Of a DNA stretch of 64,000 bases, positions 1 to 13,159 are shown one piece after another. The position numbers and the translations under genes were made by a program. Under the pieces are notes generated by a model, which had not been told where the DNA came from, did not search any database, and saw only the letters and a program-made list of their open reading frames with translations. Origin of the DNA: Ylistrum balloti (taxonomy: Eukaryota). Numbering within the stretch: position 1 is the first letter of the stretch; every line of letters begins with the position of its first letter. The stretch is taken from positions 744,001 through 808,000 of the forward strand of contig NW_026782452.1 of the NCBI RefSeq assembly GCF_031769215.1, given 5' to 3'.

Positions 1-497
1 CATGCATGGGTTGTCACATGAACAAAGCTCCCTAAAAGAGTGCTCCGCTTGTGCCCATTTCTAATCGCTTCTATTAATGCGATCGTGCCATATGCGGTAT
101 GGTATACTGAGGTTTTCTTGTGAGTACACGTTAACCGTGTCTTTATTTCATGGTATTTATGCATGAATTTCCGTTGTTGTCTATGCAAAAACTTTATCTA
201 TGTGAAGATGTGTGATTACAAAAGGTTCAGTCTTTAATTCGTTTATTTAACTTTTTTATCAATTGTTGTAAATTGCATCCTGTCGATATAAGGGCCCCTT
301 AGTATGAAAGTCAAGGTAATATAATTCAGACTGGTCTTTATAGACAGCTTTGTTATAACCTGAAAAATAGGTGATCATGACAGGTACTTGTTTTTAGCTA
401 ATACAAATAGACTTCTCGGACAGTGGAAGAAAGTCGGTATGTATCCAATTTCGAACAAAATGTTATAATGTAATTTATATCAAATTATATCTTATGT

Positions 498-534
498 AGA
501 GAGAGAGGGTGAGAGAGAGAGAGGGGGGGGGGGG

Positions 535-592
<58 letters not shown>
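498..592. repeat. (GA)n microsatellite with internal poly-G
   Basis: Direct reading: long GA run interrupted by a G tract at about 523-535. Confidence 0.95.
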
Positions 593-595
<3 letters not shown>

Positions 596-3355
596 TACCC
601 GACCTTCCCAGGAAATGCTGTACAGCTTTCACAAAATTTTATATTATCATTTAGTGAGATGTTGGGATCACCTTTACAGAATAAGTCAACATTTATATAC
701 CCGTCGTACCAATTCTCTGTTTAGTGGATATCGGAAATTCTCATCGCTCGCTCGCTTGATTTCTCAGACAACAATGAAGAATGTTTAGTTGTCTAGCTCC
801 ATAATTTGCTTAGATTATAATAAGTGGATATTTTTTTTTTACATTAACCTTAAAATAATTTTATAGAAGGAGATTCACTAATGTTCTTATCTAAATCATT
901 TCAAAGTTTTGTTGTAGAAGGAAGAGTGAGTTTTGTGACAGATGAAGACGGCAATGTTGTCTTAGTAGGTGTGCGTTTCGTTAATTGTATGAGGCTAGAT
1001 TTACAATATCCGCTGGCAATAAATCTGAAAGAACATTAATTACAAAATTGTTTACTCTACTATAAAAAGAAAGTTTGTCTCGTCTTTTAAAATGTTGTAG
1101 CCAACCGGTTTCACGATACAAAAATTCTTTTTTTAGTATGTGTGGACAGTCCTGTGACTTTTCTAGCAGCTTCTAGTTGTACATTCTCCAAGTATCAAAC
1201 AATTAATTCCACTGCAGTTGTCCCATATTTCACACGCATGTTCGAGTAGAGGTCGGATATAAAAGAAATATATTATTTTTTTTACTTTACTTCTGTCTAG
1301 AATAAGTATGAGTTTGGGTTGCTATGTACTTGGTTTCTTTACATACAATATATTCTACATATTTCATTTACAGTCATCGTTAAGAATAACACCTTCATGT
1401 GTATGCTGGTTAATGATTTAAATCGGAGTATTATCAAATGTGAAAGATGTAATTTAAAGAAGTTGTCTGTTAGAAATAACAAGAACATCAGATGTAATTT
1501 CTGAGTGACATAACTCAATAAGTTGATGTGTTGTGGAGTGACGTGGTAAAAATCTGATTGCTATTTGTAAATTAGATCGTGTTCTATCAGGAAGTTATAA
1601 ATATGTTATATACCACGCGCTCGAACAGTTTTGCTACACAACTTGAAAGGGACATTGGTCTATGGTTGGAGATAATGATTAGTTCATCAGCTTTGAAAAT
1701 AGGCATGACATCAGCAAGTTTCCATGTATCAGTATAAACAGAGGAAGATAAGGGGTAATTAGATACAATAAAAAGTGGTACAGAAACTCCGGTGGATACT
1801 AGTTCAAGCCTTTTGTTACTTCATGCAAGTCATTTTCCGATATGTTACATACAGAGCGAAAGTGGTTCAATAATTCACATATTCAATCATTATTGTGTTC
1901 TTTTTCATTTGTACTGTTGACATAGATCCATGTGAGCGAAATTTAGATATACGTCCCTATAAGATAATGCTGTTGCGTTAAAAGTGTTGTAAGTAAACAT
2001 TCTGTGTAAATATTCGGACTTTTTGAACTGTGTTTGGTTTATAGTTTAGTGATGCTTTACGTCCTGTTAACAGCCTGGCTCATTTAACGTAATTAAAAGT
2101 GTGTTTGTTTGCCCCGAGTAGAGAGCCGTTTTATTTTCTTAAATTCCGCTATTTCGGTTCGAAAAGGCGGAGAGGCGCCATTCTTCGACTTATGAAGCAA
2201 TCCACATATCGTTCGAGAGGGTTAGGAAAAAACCTAATCGTGAAACATTGCAGTATTTATTACAATGTTGGTCAGTTAATGAATCTTGAAGATGATATTA
2301 GGAGAGATAAAGAAACTGGGAATACAATAAGGAAAAAATCTACATGTACCATCAGTAGAAACATTTAGCAAGAATGATCGCTCGGCATATCACTTTTAGC
2401 TGGATAGCCTCATTTAGGACATATTTTAGATTGTTTTTGATAATTAGATATTAGGATGGGAGAAAAATATATAAATATTGGTCTGTGATAAAGTATATCA
2501 ATAATACTAGTACTGATTGTGAAAATGGAACATGCACAAACTTAAAGGCAGAAAGTTCAAACCGACAGCACACTATCGCATGGAAGGGGACACTTTGGGT
2601 CTGATAGATGTGTTCCGATGATAGGGTAAGTCAGAGAAGAACGCCCGTTACTATAAAAAAAAAGTCGTGCCAAATAGGTCAGCCCAGCGACATTGACACA
2701 CATTACGTGACAATCACGAAATTCCTCGCGTCGAAGACAAATGTTCTAACGTATTTGAAGAGGTCTTCAAAACCACAGGCGATCTTCAGTCTATCATTAT
2801 TACCAAGGACTTCGCGATATCGAAGTCTATGTTATTACGAAAACCACAGCTCGACTTCAGTATTTTGAATTTTCACGTCGACGGAGTTCAAACGCACAAA
2901 AATGTCTACTCTGGTCCGGTTTACAGACTCTGTGAGCGTTCCACTACCTTGGGATGAAGGTCGACATTGCGTTCATGGGCTGCTTGGTCCAATGGGGGAT
3001 GGTATTAGAAGTGTCATCACCTTCCAGTTCTAAAACCAAGAGAAGCGTGTGACGAAGATCGTCGTTTTCAACCTCGAGTCGGGTTACGTGGACCAGCATA
3101 GTGACAAATTGTTGTTTAACAGGAAGTGGGATGTTTTAAAATTGTCTGCATATCATTTACCATATGTACACTAACTGACGTAGCTATTCTGTTAACGTTA
3201 ATGTCTGACAGTGACGCATCATCAGGGTCGGCAGGCTGAAAACGTTCGGGCCAGGCTATGTTTGGAAGAATGTAATGACAACGAAGTAAGTAACTAATGG
3301 AGATGGAATGGATGCATTTAATATTGCACGCGCCGAGTTATTACATGTACATTAA

Positions 3356-3553
3356 CTAAATTTGATTTGTTTCACAACAATTGCGAAACAAGTTTTTTTT
3401 CAGATTGTAGTAATCACTCGTGAAGGCCCGGATAAGCGTGCGAAGGGTCTCAATGTGGGAGGAAGACCTAGAGTACCTGGGGGAAAACCCACGTGGTCGG
3501 GAAGACGTCTTGGTGAAAGACGAGTGCGTTACCACAGCACTATCCGACCATCC
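3356..3553 (-). mobile_element. tRNA-derived SINE (decayed)
   Basis: The minus strand reads GGATGGTCGGATAGTGCTGTGGTAACGCACTCGTCTTTCACC (tRNA-like head). It is followed by GGGTTTTCCCCCAGGTACTCTAGGTCTTCCTCCCACA, resembling the conserved V/Meta-type SINE core, and an A-rich tail. Confidence 0.65.
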
Positions 3554-5899
3554 ATGTAAATATATTCACGGTTTCATGATCACAGGCATATATACGGCAT
3601 GCTAGCTAATATGTATTAATGTGTTATACATCGGTGCAATGTATATTTAATTTCACATTGGCGATGTATATCCATCATTCAGTATTGATGTCATGTGAAA
3701 ACCTGGGTTCGTATGGCAAAGAAATTACGTTTATGACGGAGCTCTGTTAGTACTGTCCATGTCATTTAACAGTAAATCTATACCTTTCGACCAATATTGA
3801 TAGACTTTCAGACCACGTTTTATATAATTTACAACAGAATTGTTGTTCAAAATAACACATCGATTGAAAGACAAAACATTGTCTACTAGATTGCATATGT
3901 GTCAAATTTTGTAACGTAGCAATTAAAATGGCCCCCACTATACGGAATATCTCTAGAGTTGTCTTTTTAAATCCAACAAAGATTAAACTCTCGCGAGATT
4001 GGCGGAAACAGTGGGTTTACATCGACAAGTCTAGAGAGAATCCGTGTAGTGGCGCCCATTGTAAATATACTGGAAAGTAAACTTGTTCGGGAAAATGAAT
4101 TGAAAAACTTAGTTTATAATATTTAAATGCTTTGACAAGAATGAAAGTCGATAGAAAAAATTCCAGAACGCCGGTCGTTAAAAGTTCGTGCTATCTATAA
4201 TGGGAGAAAAGTTGATTATCGATTTCGATCAAGACAAAAATAAAAAAGCGGAGAGATAGTCAGAGCCCTTTGGACTAGATAAACATAAACATTGTACTTC
4301 ACATATGCGACAGATGTACATACCAGATATTTAAGTGTAAACCAATCCCTAATCAATGAGCGACACTTCAGAAGTCCGTGTCAAAACCAAGTAAACATTT
4401 ATAAAAATATCCTACCGACCCTAATTTTTTCAAACAGAAACTGGAAACGCATATCTATTTTTTTTCTTATACACACTTTTGATATACATTCTTAGAATTT
4501 CAGTTTGATTCGACACTAATTTGTAAATAATTAGTTCGATTTGACTCGATTCACACTTTAGATTATAAGCTTTATTAATCTGTAAAGTGTTTTTCATGAC
4601 AAGGCATAGTTTGAGATAACAACTTTAAAACGTATTGAATGTCACGTTTCTTAATTAATACCGAATTTGCACTAATGATAATCAAACTTTTTTAACGATC
4701 TCTTCCGTTAAGTGTATCGGGTCACTTCTTCTTTAGCCGAGTCTACATAATGTGTTGCCACATCCATTAACCTCTGGTCCCTTGTGAATGCTTGTCTGGT
4801 GCTGCATATCCGGACAAACAGTCCGGCGCCATTGAGGATCGGAAATTAGACACTCCACGGTAGTTAGGACCAAGAATCAATTGTCATTCAATTCAAAGAA
4901 TTTCTAGTTGTGATAACTATAATTTACAATATAAATAGAAGTATCGTATTTCATAATTTTTCTAAGGAATTACCACCAGAAGATCCATAAACATTATAAT
5001 TTGGCTTTTGTTTGTCATTACAAACCCTGATTTCCCAACTGAGTTGTTAAAGCATATACTTTATCACCAAATTTACAGTCCTTAAGCTCTAGTCGTCGTT
5101 TACCAATAAAATAAACGTACACGTTCCATGTTATCCGGAACATTCATTAACAGTATGTAAACACTTGAAAAAATACGTCTGTGATACAGAAAACACAGGT
5201 TGTGAGCGTAATAATACGACAGCATTTATTGGTTTTCGTAATATAAACACATTTTTGAGTTCTTTTATTTTGTTTACACGAACACAAACTCCTCTATCGG
5301 AGATCAATATATCCGTATCCGTTTTTGAAACGCTCTAATTAAAAAATTAGAAACGATGCGTGGATGTATTGTTGAAATGGCGTTGTGTCTGTGAATGTAG
5401 AGTTATCGGTTAATAGAGGCCTTTGAGAAGTATTTGAAATCCCATATTTTCTCGAAATAAATTGATCTCCTCTTTGTGTTACTAATGGAGAGTTAAATGG
5501 TTTTTTTTCTGTACCAAGAAAAGATTATCAGTCACATCAGTACATACACCCGTATCCAAAACAAATATCTGATATTTAATCTATGACGGTATTCGTTATT
5601 TTTCTGCGAAACAAATGTGAAGCAGGGGGTCGGATCAATAGGTATCGATTTCTTAACAAAGAATACATGCAAAAAACGCTGTTTTAATTAGTTACCTCAA
5701 TAAAAAATAATGGCGTCTTATTTACAAAGTGGTTCACTTTATACCGTGTTTTTACACAGAAAAGAAATTATCGGTATTGACAAGTAAGTCTTAATGAATC
5801 ATATGGGTAATCATTCACGATTTTTTTTAGATTTTTTTTTCATTTTGCAACACTTTGGAAACAAGCTTACAGCTAAAACAAATCTATTGATCAGCATCG

Positions 5900-6038
5900 C
5901 AACGCGCTAGGTGTCAGGCTTTAGGGAAGAAAATCAAGTATTCAGACATAAGAACTCATACCATTTCACGTTCAAACCGGGGAATCGAACTCCGGTCGTC
6001 TAGGTGAAAGGCGAATGCGCCTTGCTAATCAGAGCACC
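5900..6038 (-). mobile_element. tRNA(Glu)-like SINE head
   Basis: The minus strand reads CGCCTTTCACCTAGACGACCGGAGTTCGATTCCCCGG, with B-box GTTCGATTCC and a TTC anticodon-like loop. There is no complete cloverleaf, so this is a SINE rather than a tRNA gene. Confidence 0.6.
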
Positions 6039-6646
6039 GTCTGATTACCGAAGATTTTGAATACGAAAATACATTTTAAGATCGTATTACATATTTGAAA
6101 TTAAGGTGACCTCTTTTAAAACGCGCAAGTGTATTTCACTTTAAAAAAAATCTCAGATTACCAAATTGAATTCTAAATTAACGCATTGCAGCTTCAATGA
6201 CTGCCTATAAAGTTATTCATTTGGTGGCATTGTGTACAGGGAAATTCTGCCCAAATTTGTAATTTTTCATTATTCATAAATTTATAATGGCCCATCAACA
6301 TAGAAAATATGTTTGGAAGAAAAAAAAACAAATAACGAAAATAAAAGAGTTTTAAAATGAATTCAAACTAACAAAATTTGGGGGAGAATAAACTCGATAT
6401 CAAAACACTCGCTCAAGCTGTTTGAAATAAAGTGACCATGGTAATCGGTAGCTTCCGGTACAGACTGACAGTTTTCTGAATATATAAACATTAATTGTTT
6501 TAAAAAAATACACTTCCGGTCAGCCTGTGTTACGGATCCAAGATAAAGTACAAACATGCCAATGATAGTTTTCAAGTTCCTTATATTTGACTCTTTTCAC
6601 AGCAGCCTCACATTCAGGATTTATATTATTTAATGGTCCAATCAAC

Positions 6647-6821
6647 TGTTATATACACCTATATGACTGGTCAGGTTGTTTCAGATTATTTTGTTCATTC
6701 CGGATATTTGACCCGGTGTCCGGGTCCTTTTGTTTATATGTTTATTATTATGTTGTTGCTTTCCGGTTGATTTAACGGCGGTAACCGCAAGGTAATGGAA
6801 ATGGTCTTTTTGTGTGTTTTA
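6647..6821 (+). repeat. 5' LTR (3'-truncated)
   Basis: 175 bp matching 35405-35579 with 3 substitutions. It lacks the last 48 bp of the 3' LTR, and no primer-binding site is evident. Confidence 0.88.
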
Positions 6822-6927
6822 TGCGGTAAATTCGTCGTAAATCGAACTTTATTTTTCATCACTCGAAGCCTGTTCATCAGTGTTCATATGTGTATTGGGG
6901 ACCACGTGTATAGACTATAGCCTAACC

Positions 6928-7575
6928 ATGGATGACGATTTCTTGGATGATCAGTTCCTACAAAATAATGAACTGGATATTGATGATGACTTTTTGAATG
7001 ATACTTATGGTGATGCTAAATTCGAACGTCCCCGCACTGATTCCGACAGTCAAGTGAGGTCGCGTTCGACTGCTCCAGCCGTAGATATGTCAAAACTACA
7101 TGAATTTGGAGGTCAGTGTCATGAGAACGCAGACATTTTTGACGGAATTTATTGCCTACACGAAACTTTATTCTATTACCAATGATGAACAGAAATGTTC
7201 CTTGTTTTACCTTTTGTTGAGGGGTTCCGCCCAGACTTGGTATATCTCGAACAATCTCCAAATAAAAACTTGTCTTATGTGGTGTCATTATTCCGAAAAC
7301 TACATCACTGACATCCGCTACACCCACTCTTCTAATCGAGACCAATGCATTCAATGCACTCACTCTCGGTCAATAAGAAACGTTGGATGATTTCCATTCT
7401 CGTCTTACAGAAAAAGCTCGACGTATAGGCAAGACTGATATTGACATTTTGTCAAAGTTTATTTCCTCTCTTCCAGAGAAACTTGCAATGTTTGTTACAC
7501 TTGGTGGACCTAAGGACAGTGCCGATGCACTCACAAAAGCCAAGATGGGTGAAGTATTTGGTCACAGGGCTCGGG
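6928..7575 (+). pseudogene. gag: Gypsy gag, 5' part (frameshifts, stop, interrupted by DNA transposon)
   Basis: MDDDFLDDQF...KLHEFGG..ENADIF / LTEFIAYTKLY...FYLLLRGSAQTWY / DDFHSRLTEKARRIGK...SKFISSLPEKL...ALTKAK across three frames. It joins REPLC at 24375 when the insertion and one TSD copy are removed. Confidence 0.85.
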
Positions 7576-7905
7576 TATGGAAGGGTATGCCCGCCAAAAG
7601 TCTATGTATCTTTCTTACATTCCAATTCGTCTTCCTCACATATTCATGTTTACATTTGTACTTCTGTGTCACTTCATTACATGTTCATTTTGTCATCCTG
7701 AATTCTATTCCATCATCTTTTCATCCTCGTTCATCTTGTTTCCTGGTTTATTATTACATTTGTACATGCTGGTTGCCTATTGCATTCTTCTTGTTGGTGT
7801 TTGTTAGTAACGCACTGCATTTAGGACGACGCATATTATGAACCACAAAGCACGAAGACGAAAGCTAGTTGGAACGCTGCGTGTTTTTATCGATAGATGG
7901 CGCTG
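7576..7905 (+). repeat. Left TIR (330 bp)
   Basis: Reverse complement of 24049-24374; about 6 substitutions and 2 small indels by manual alignment. Confidence 0.95.
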
Positions 7906-10386
7906 AGCAATGCAAGAACAAAAAAGGATTTCTCCCCTTTTACGAAACTAATAGCGCCAAATCTAGAGTAAGAGGAGGGCCACTTTGACATCAGGTGAGT
8001 ATTTTGTCGATATCAATTTCTTAAAAACTCAATAATCGTAGAGAATTAGCCTTACCTCAGAAGATATACATGTACAAAGATTTAAATTAAGTACATGATA
8101 CTTTGTTGTATATGTTGACAATATTTCATCCCGTGGTTGGGCATAAAGTTATAGCGAGGCCAGGATAAAGTCTCACTTTATGATCATCATTTTGGCTCAG
8201 AGGTAAAGACGCGGGTCGATCGTCACACATTTTGACATACAACATATAGCTACTAGTAATTCAGGTACAGGACTCAACTAACAGCTGCAGATCAAAACGC
8301 CAATTCATTGACCATGTACATTACACGCGTAATATCTCCGACCGTAATGTACAGTATAACCAGCTTAGCCCTACCCAGAGACGTACGTCACAGTGACACG
8401 TGAAGGTTTTACACGTACGTAGGATACATTGGTTGGTTGTTTAGTTATATCTTACAGGTTTATAGTCACTGTGACCCCATGTATTGTATCATATAATAAC
8501 TACTATATATAAGGAGGAGGAAGATAAATGAATATATATAGTCAGTGGAATGAATTCTTTCCACACAGTGACATGCATATGTGATACTGGAGAGTGGAGA
8601 TACATGTCATCATCAAATGACTCTTGGAAAAAAAAAGATAAAGTTGTGTAGCCTAATAGTCGTTGGTGTAATAATGAGAATTTTTCCACCTCCGAAATGT
8701 GTTTTTTTTTCTTTCGCAGAAAATACAAGATTTATGAACATTATAAAAGGAATAAATTCAATGATGCATAAAAGACATTTATGTGTTATATAGGTCTCAG
8801 GTCAATTTTTTCTAACTTTACCAAAGTAGGAGATTTAAAGTAGTTATTCATAGGGAAATATAATATTCTTAACATTTTTCTTCATAATTTCAGAACAAAA
8901 ATGTCCAATCAGTTGCGTGCGGCTGAACTGCTTCGACAAGCAGCATCTGCATTGATGAATACTGCACCAGAGACACCAAGCAGTGAGAGAAGAACTAACG
9001 TTACTCCACAAACAAACTCAGGTGCATGTGAGATGTCAGTTCAAGCTGCGGTAAGAAATGTATTTTCCCCATACAACAGAGGATCATCTGTCATGCGAGG
9101 TGCAAAACGGAGAGGTCAAACGGGTACAGGTGTATTAGCCGTGTCTTACTGGACCCACCGTTACTGCATTTTACAAAGTACTTGTCAGGTAGGCAACATT
9201 GCATTGTTTTGTCTTGAATATGAGGTCTATCTTTGCTGTGTGTGCTAATAATACAACATAGCTTGTGCACTAATGTCTTAGGCATACGTAAAAGTTTCTT
9301 AACTATTTACCAGTACCACATCGTTTTTCTATTTTTCAATTAATTATGATAATACCCACAACTTAATTTCATAATTAATAAATGTTTTATGGTGAACGGC
9401 CTTACCCAGAGATGTGCATGCAGGAGTGAGTAATGTCAAACCAACAATTCCAACAATAAATTCTGTCTATAGTAGGACTTATTTAGTTATTGTTTTCATA
9501 TAAGCATTAAATTAAGCCTAAGTATGGGAATGTATGAATTATTTCATATTATTTCAGGAAACAGTGCCAACCAGAGAAGAAAAACACAAATTGTACAAAT
9601 TAGGGTTTGGGGAGAAAAAAATTACATTTCAAAAAAATGATGACCCATTGTTATTCAAACAAAGGATTGAAGAGAGCTTCCCTGCATTGGAAAAATGTGG
9701 TGAATATGAACTTCTTCAATCAACAGTGGGGAGCAGAGTGTTTCTGGAAAAGCTTCAAATCCCCAAAAATGGCTACAATGCCAACTTTTTTGCCAACGAA
9801 AGCAACCTTGGCCAAGCAGTTTGCTATATTCGCCCAATCCAGAAGGATTTGGAACTTGTTAAACATGACTTCAATGACAAGGTATGTAAAATTGTATCTA
9901 ATTTTGTATATTAATAAATTAATGACACACTAGTTTACAGAATGGATACAATTGAGTGACAATTTACAGCTTCTAATTCAACTATTTATCCACACAGGTA
10001 TTCCCTGTCAATACCAGAACATCTGTTTTAGTGAATGCTTAATTCTAATATCTTTTTATAATTACCATATATATCAATGCCATTTTACTTATTGCTTTTT
10101 ATGCTATTATGGTTAACACAGTCAGCATATTGCCATCAGATCAGATCTCTTACCCAATTTTCGGAATTTGACTAGGACACCCTCTACTTCCTAGATCAAA
10201 AAATCATTAAAAAAATTAGCTTTATAAATGGAGCTGCATAATTTTATATGATGTATGATAAACCTTCTTGCCAAGTTTACCAATATCATTCAAAGTAATA
10301 CTGTTATCTAATAAAAATTCAAATTAAATGAGTGCAGACAATGTGCAATTTGGTTGAAATCCTGTTTATTATTTGTATTACTGAGA

Positions 10387-10595
10387 GGGGGTCGTTGTGG
10401 CCGAGTGGTTAAGGCGTCTGACCTGCTTAATCACTTATCCTCCACCTCTGAGAGGCAGGTTTGAGACCTACATGGGGCAGTCAGCAGGTCGTTGTTTTTT
10501 CTCCGGAAACTGGCTTTCCTGCACTACCCAAACCTGGCACATCCCTGAATGACCCTGGCTGTTAATGGGAACTAAAGCAAAAATAAATCAAACTA
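10387..10595 (+). mobile_element. tRNA-derived SINE in a HECT-gene intron
   Basis: A-box TGGCCGAGTGG, B-box-like GGTTTGAGACC, core TTTTCTCCGGAAACTGGCTTTCC, and 3' tail CCCTGGCTGTTAAT..AAATAAATCAAA. Confidence 0.75.
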
Positions 10596-13159
10596 AGTAT
10601 TATTGAGAAAATCAGTAATTTCTGCATTTCTTATTTATAAATTTAGGGCATCGATGGAACCTCTGAAACAGTGTATGAAGAATGTATGGAATGTAAAACT
10701 GCGATTCCCTTATCACAGCTGAGAGACCACATAAAAATGTGTTCACAATCCATCTCAAGTGAGGTAAATGTTACATTTTGTGTAAGTTTATGGTTTTTTC
10801 TAATACAAATTTAATAGTTTCAGGGGGGCATATTTGACATAATAACATCTGTTGTCAGTGTTCATAAAATACATAGGCATAGAATATGACAACTTAGGCC
10901 TTGCAGATTGTTTTGTGGTTCAAATATCACAATTTAGTTAAAAAGTGATTTATTCAACTGTTTACAGCATATTACATTAAACTATTTTATGATATGACTA
11001 TAGCCATTGATCATGATGATGATAAGTAAGACTTGCTATGTAAACCTTGCTGCAAGAAGTATATAAAGCATATTATACAGAAAATTATGTCAGAAATGAC
11101 GAGTACTTTAACTAGTAGTAATTTTTATATAAATGTTTAGGAAGAAGATGTTCCAAAGGTAAAGAGGAGGAAAAACCAAATGCCTGTATGCCATTATACA
11201 TGTGTAAGTATATGTAGATGTGATGCTAGGTCTGCACCAGTTTGTGTGTTATTTTGAAATAAACTGCTGTTAGTTTCATAATGTCATTGGTGAGTTTAAC
11301 CAGGTTCCTGTGTGAGAGTTGGTAAGAATGGATATTTTATGCATGCATGTGTTGATTTGATTGGCTATCCTGATCTCTGTTACAATGCATGTGGTGATAT
11401 ACTGATAATTACATGTTTTTGTCTATCATGTGTATTAGGAGACGGAGAGGGGAGGACAGTACCCAAGAGATGAACAAAAGTAACTTTTAAGTTTAAATGT
11501 TTGATATGTTTAATTTGAAGTTTCTCAAATATTGTTCTACGCAGTCATTAGAATTCAAAATTATGTAAGCTGCTAAAGTATGTAGCTGATAGGATTTGAA
11601 GAATCCCTCTCATATTTTGTGTTGTTTTGACTGGTTGTATACATTCTAAGAATTGTTGATTGTGAGGAGAAATCATTTCATATGTGAAGGCTGATTAAAA
11701 AAGAATGGAGACAATTTGCAGATAAATGGCAAAAATATATCCCAGATACTGATATTGACAATATCCATTAGAAAAGAGTCTGCTTGTCAGGTTGTTTTAT
11801 GATGGTATGTAAGGAGAGAATCTTAAGCCAAGCAAATGTTTACAAGGGTTACAATTGTACATTATAGATGATTTCTCCTAGTATTAACAAACTTTTAGTT
11901 GAGTTTTTTAATGTTTTTACATTTTGCATGTAAATCAGCTGACATATGTCTAAAGGAAATGTCTGTCAAACTTAGGTCAGTGTGGTATTTAAATTTACTG
12001 GAAGAGAAAATTGTATCAAGGTGTGGGTAAATAAGTGACACCACTTGCACTGATTCTATCGGTGTTCTTATAAATATGCTTAAACAAATAGAAAATTATT
12101 TTTATTTAAATATTCAAAATTTCCACCATTTTTACTATCAATAAGCACAGGAAGATTAGACAGTGTAATCACAGTAATGATACACATGTACACGTAGACA
12201 AACTTGTTCAACAGTGGTCCTGAAAGGGAGTGAGGTCGTTGTTATTACAGAGCATGGGGTAATGGGTTGGTCTGTATCATTACTTTGGATTGACATATCA
12301 ACACATTTATCTGAGCATGTACCTTATTGCAGACTACTAAGTGAATGCATAACTTATGCATGTTGCAGATGCTAAACATGGCAGTAAACATTTCCTGCTT
12401 CTATGATAAATAATCCAAATATGAAGAATTAGACATTCCATATGTGGGAAACTATTAGTGCATTTGTATTAGTAAATTTCAAAAGTATGTTACACTGTAA
12501 TAGTGTAATGTGGTGTATTTGAAAACTATATCCATGCACAGGAGATCTTGATGACCGTGTCTTCTTGTTTTTTGTTTCCATTGTTGTTGATAACCACTAA
12601 TTCAATGTACATGTTTTAATGTCATTCAGACAGTGATTATTGGTAAAAATTACCTATTGAACCCTTAAAAATGAAGACCATTAAATAAGAAAACCTGTAC
12701 ATTTTGTAATAGATATGTATGTTACATTAGTGGTGCCATAGAGATTCATGAGGACATTTCCACAACTCATTTTACAGGTCAGTCTTGCTGGAAAGTGAGA
12801 AATCTGGGATGTGTCCTGTTTGTAGAGAGCAATTTCCTGTAGATATTCTACCAGTACATGCATCAAGTTGTGGAGTTGGAAAAGACCCCAATTTGTAAGT
12901 GTCCTATTGGTGTGCAGAATGTTCTGAATTTCAGAAATGATCTCTTTCATGTATAGGATTCTTTATTCCAAGTTCAACGATCTCTGTTTTAGGTTAATTA
13001 AATACTGTTTTCAGGTTGTGTGTATTCATTTGAAGGAACATCCAAAAACTAGTAGATTGAGAGAACATCAAGTCTACAGTTGTGATGTCATTATGACATC
13101 ACAGAAGGGAACCATCAGTAGTGATTTTGTACTTGATAATGCTCTCAAGTGGTTTTATT

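Noticed and set aside
2840-3120. GC-richer stretch resembling an exon
   Set aside because: All six frames stop within about 55 codons, with no recognisable motif or consistent splice pair.
5960-6038. Possible tRNA-Glu gene (also tRNA-like heads at 3500-3553 and 10387-10460)
   Set aside because: Acceptor and D stems do not pair and each continues into SINE body sequence.
7577-7841. ORFs of 76-152 aa mirrored at 24112-24397 (MPAKSLCIF.., MEGYARQK..)
   Set aside because: They are read-throughs of the pyrimidine-rich TIR in both copies, with no recognisable domain.
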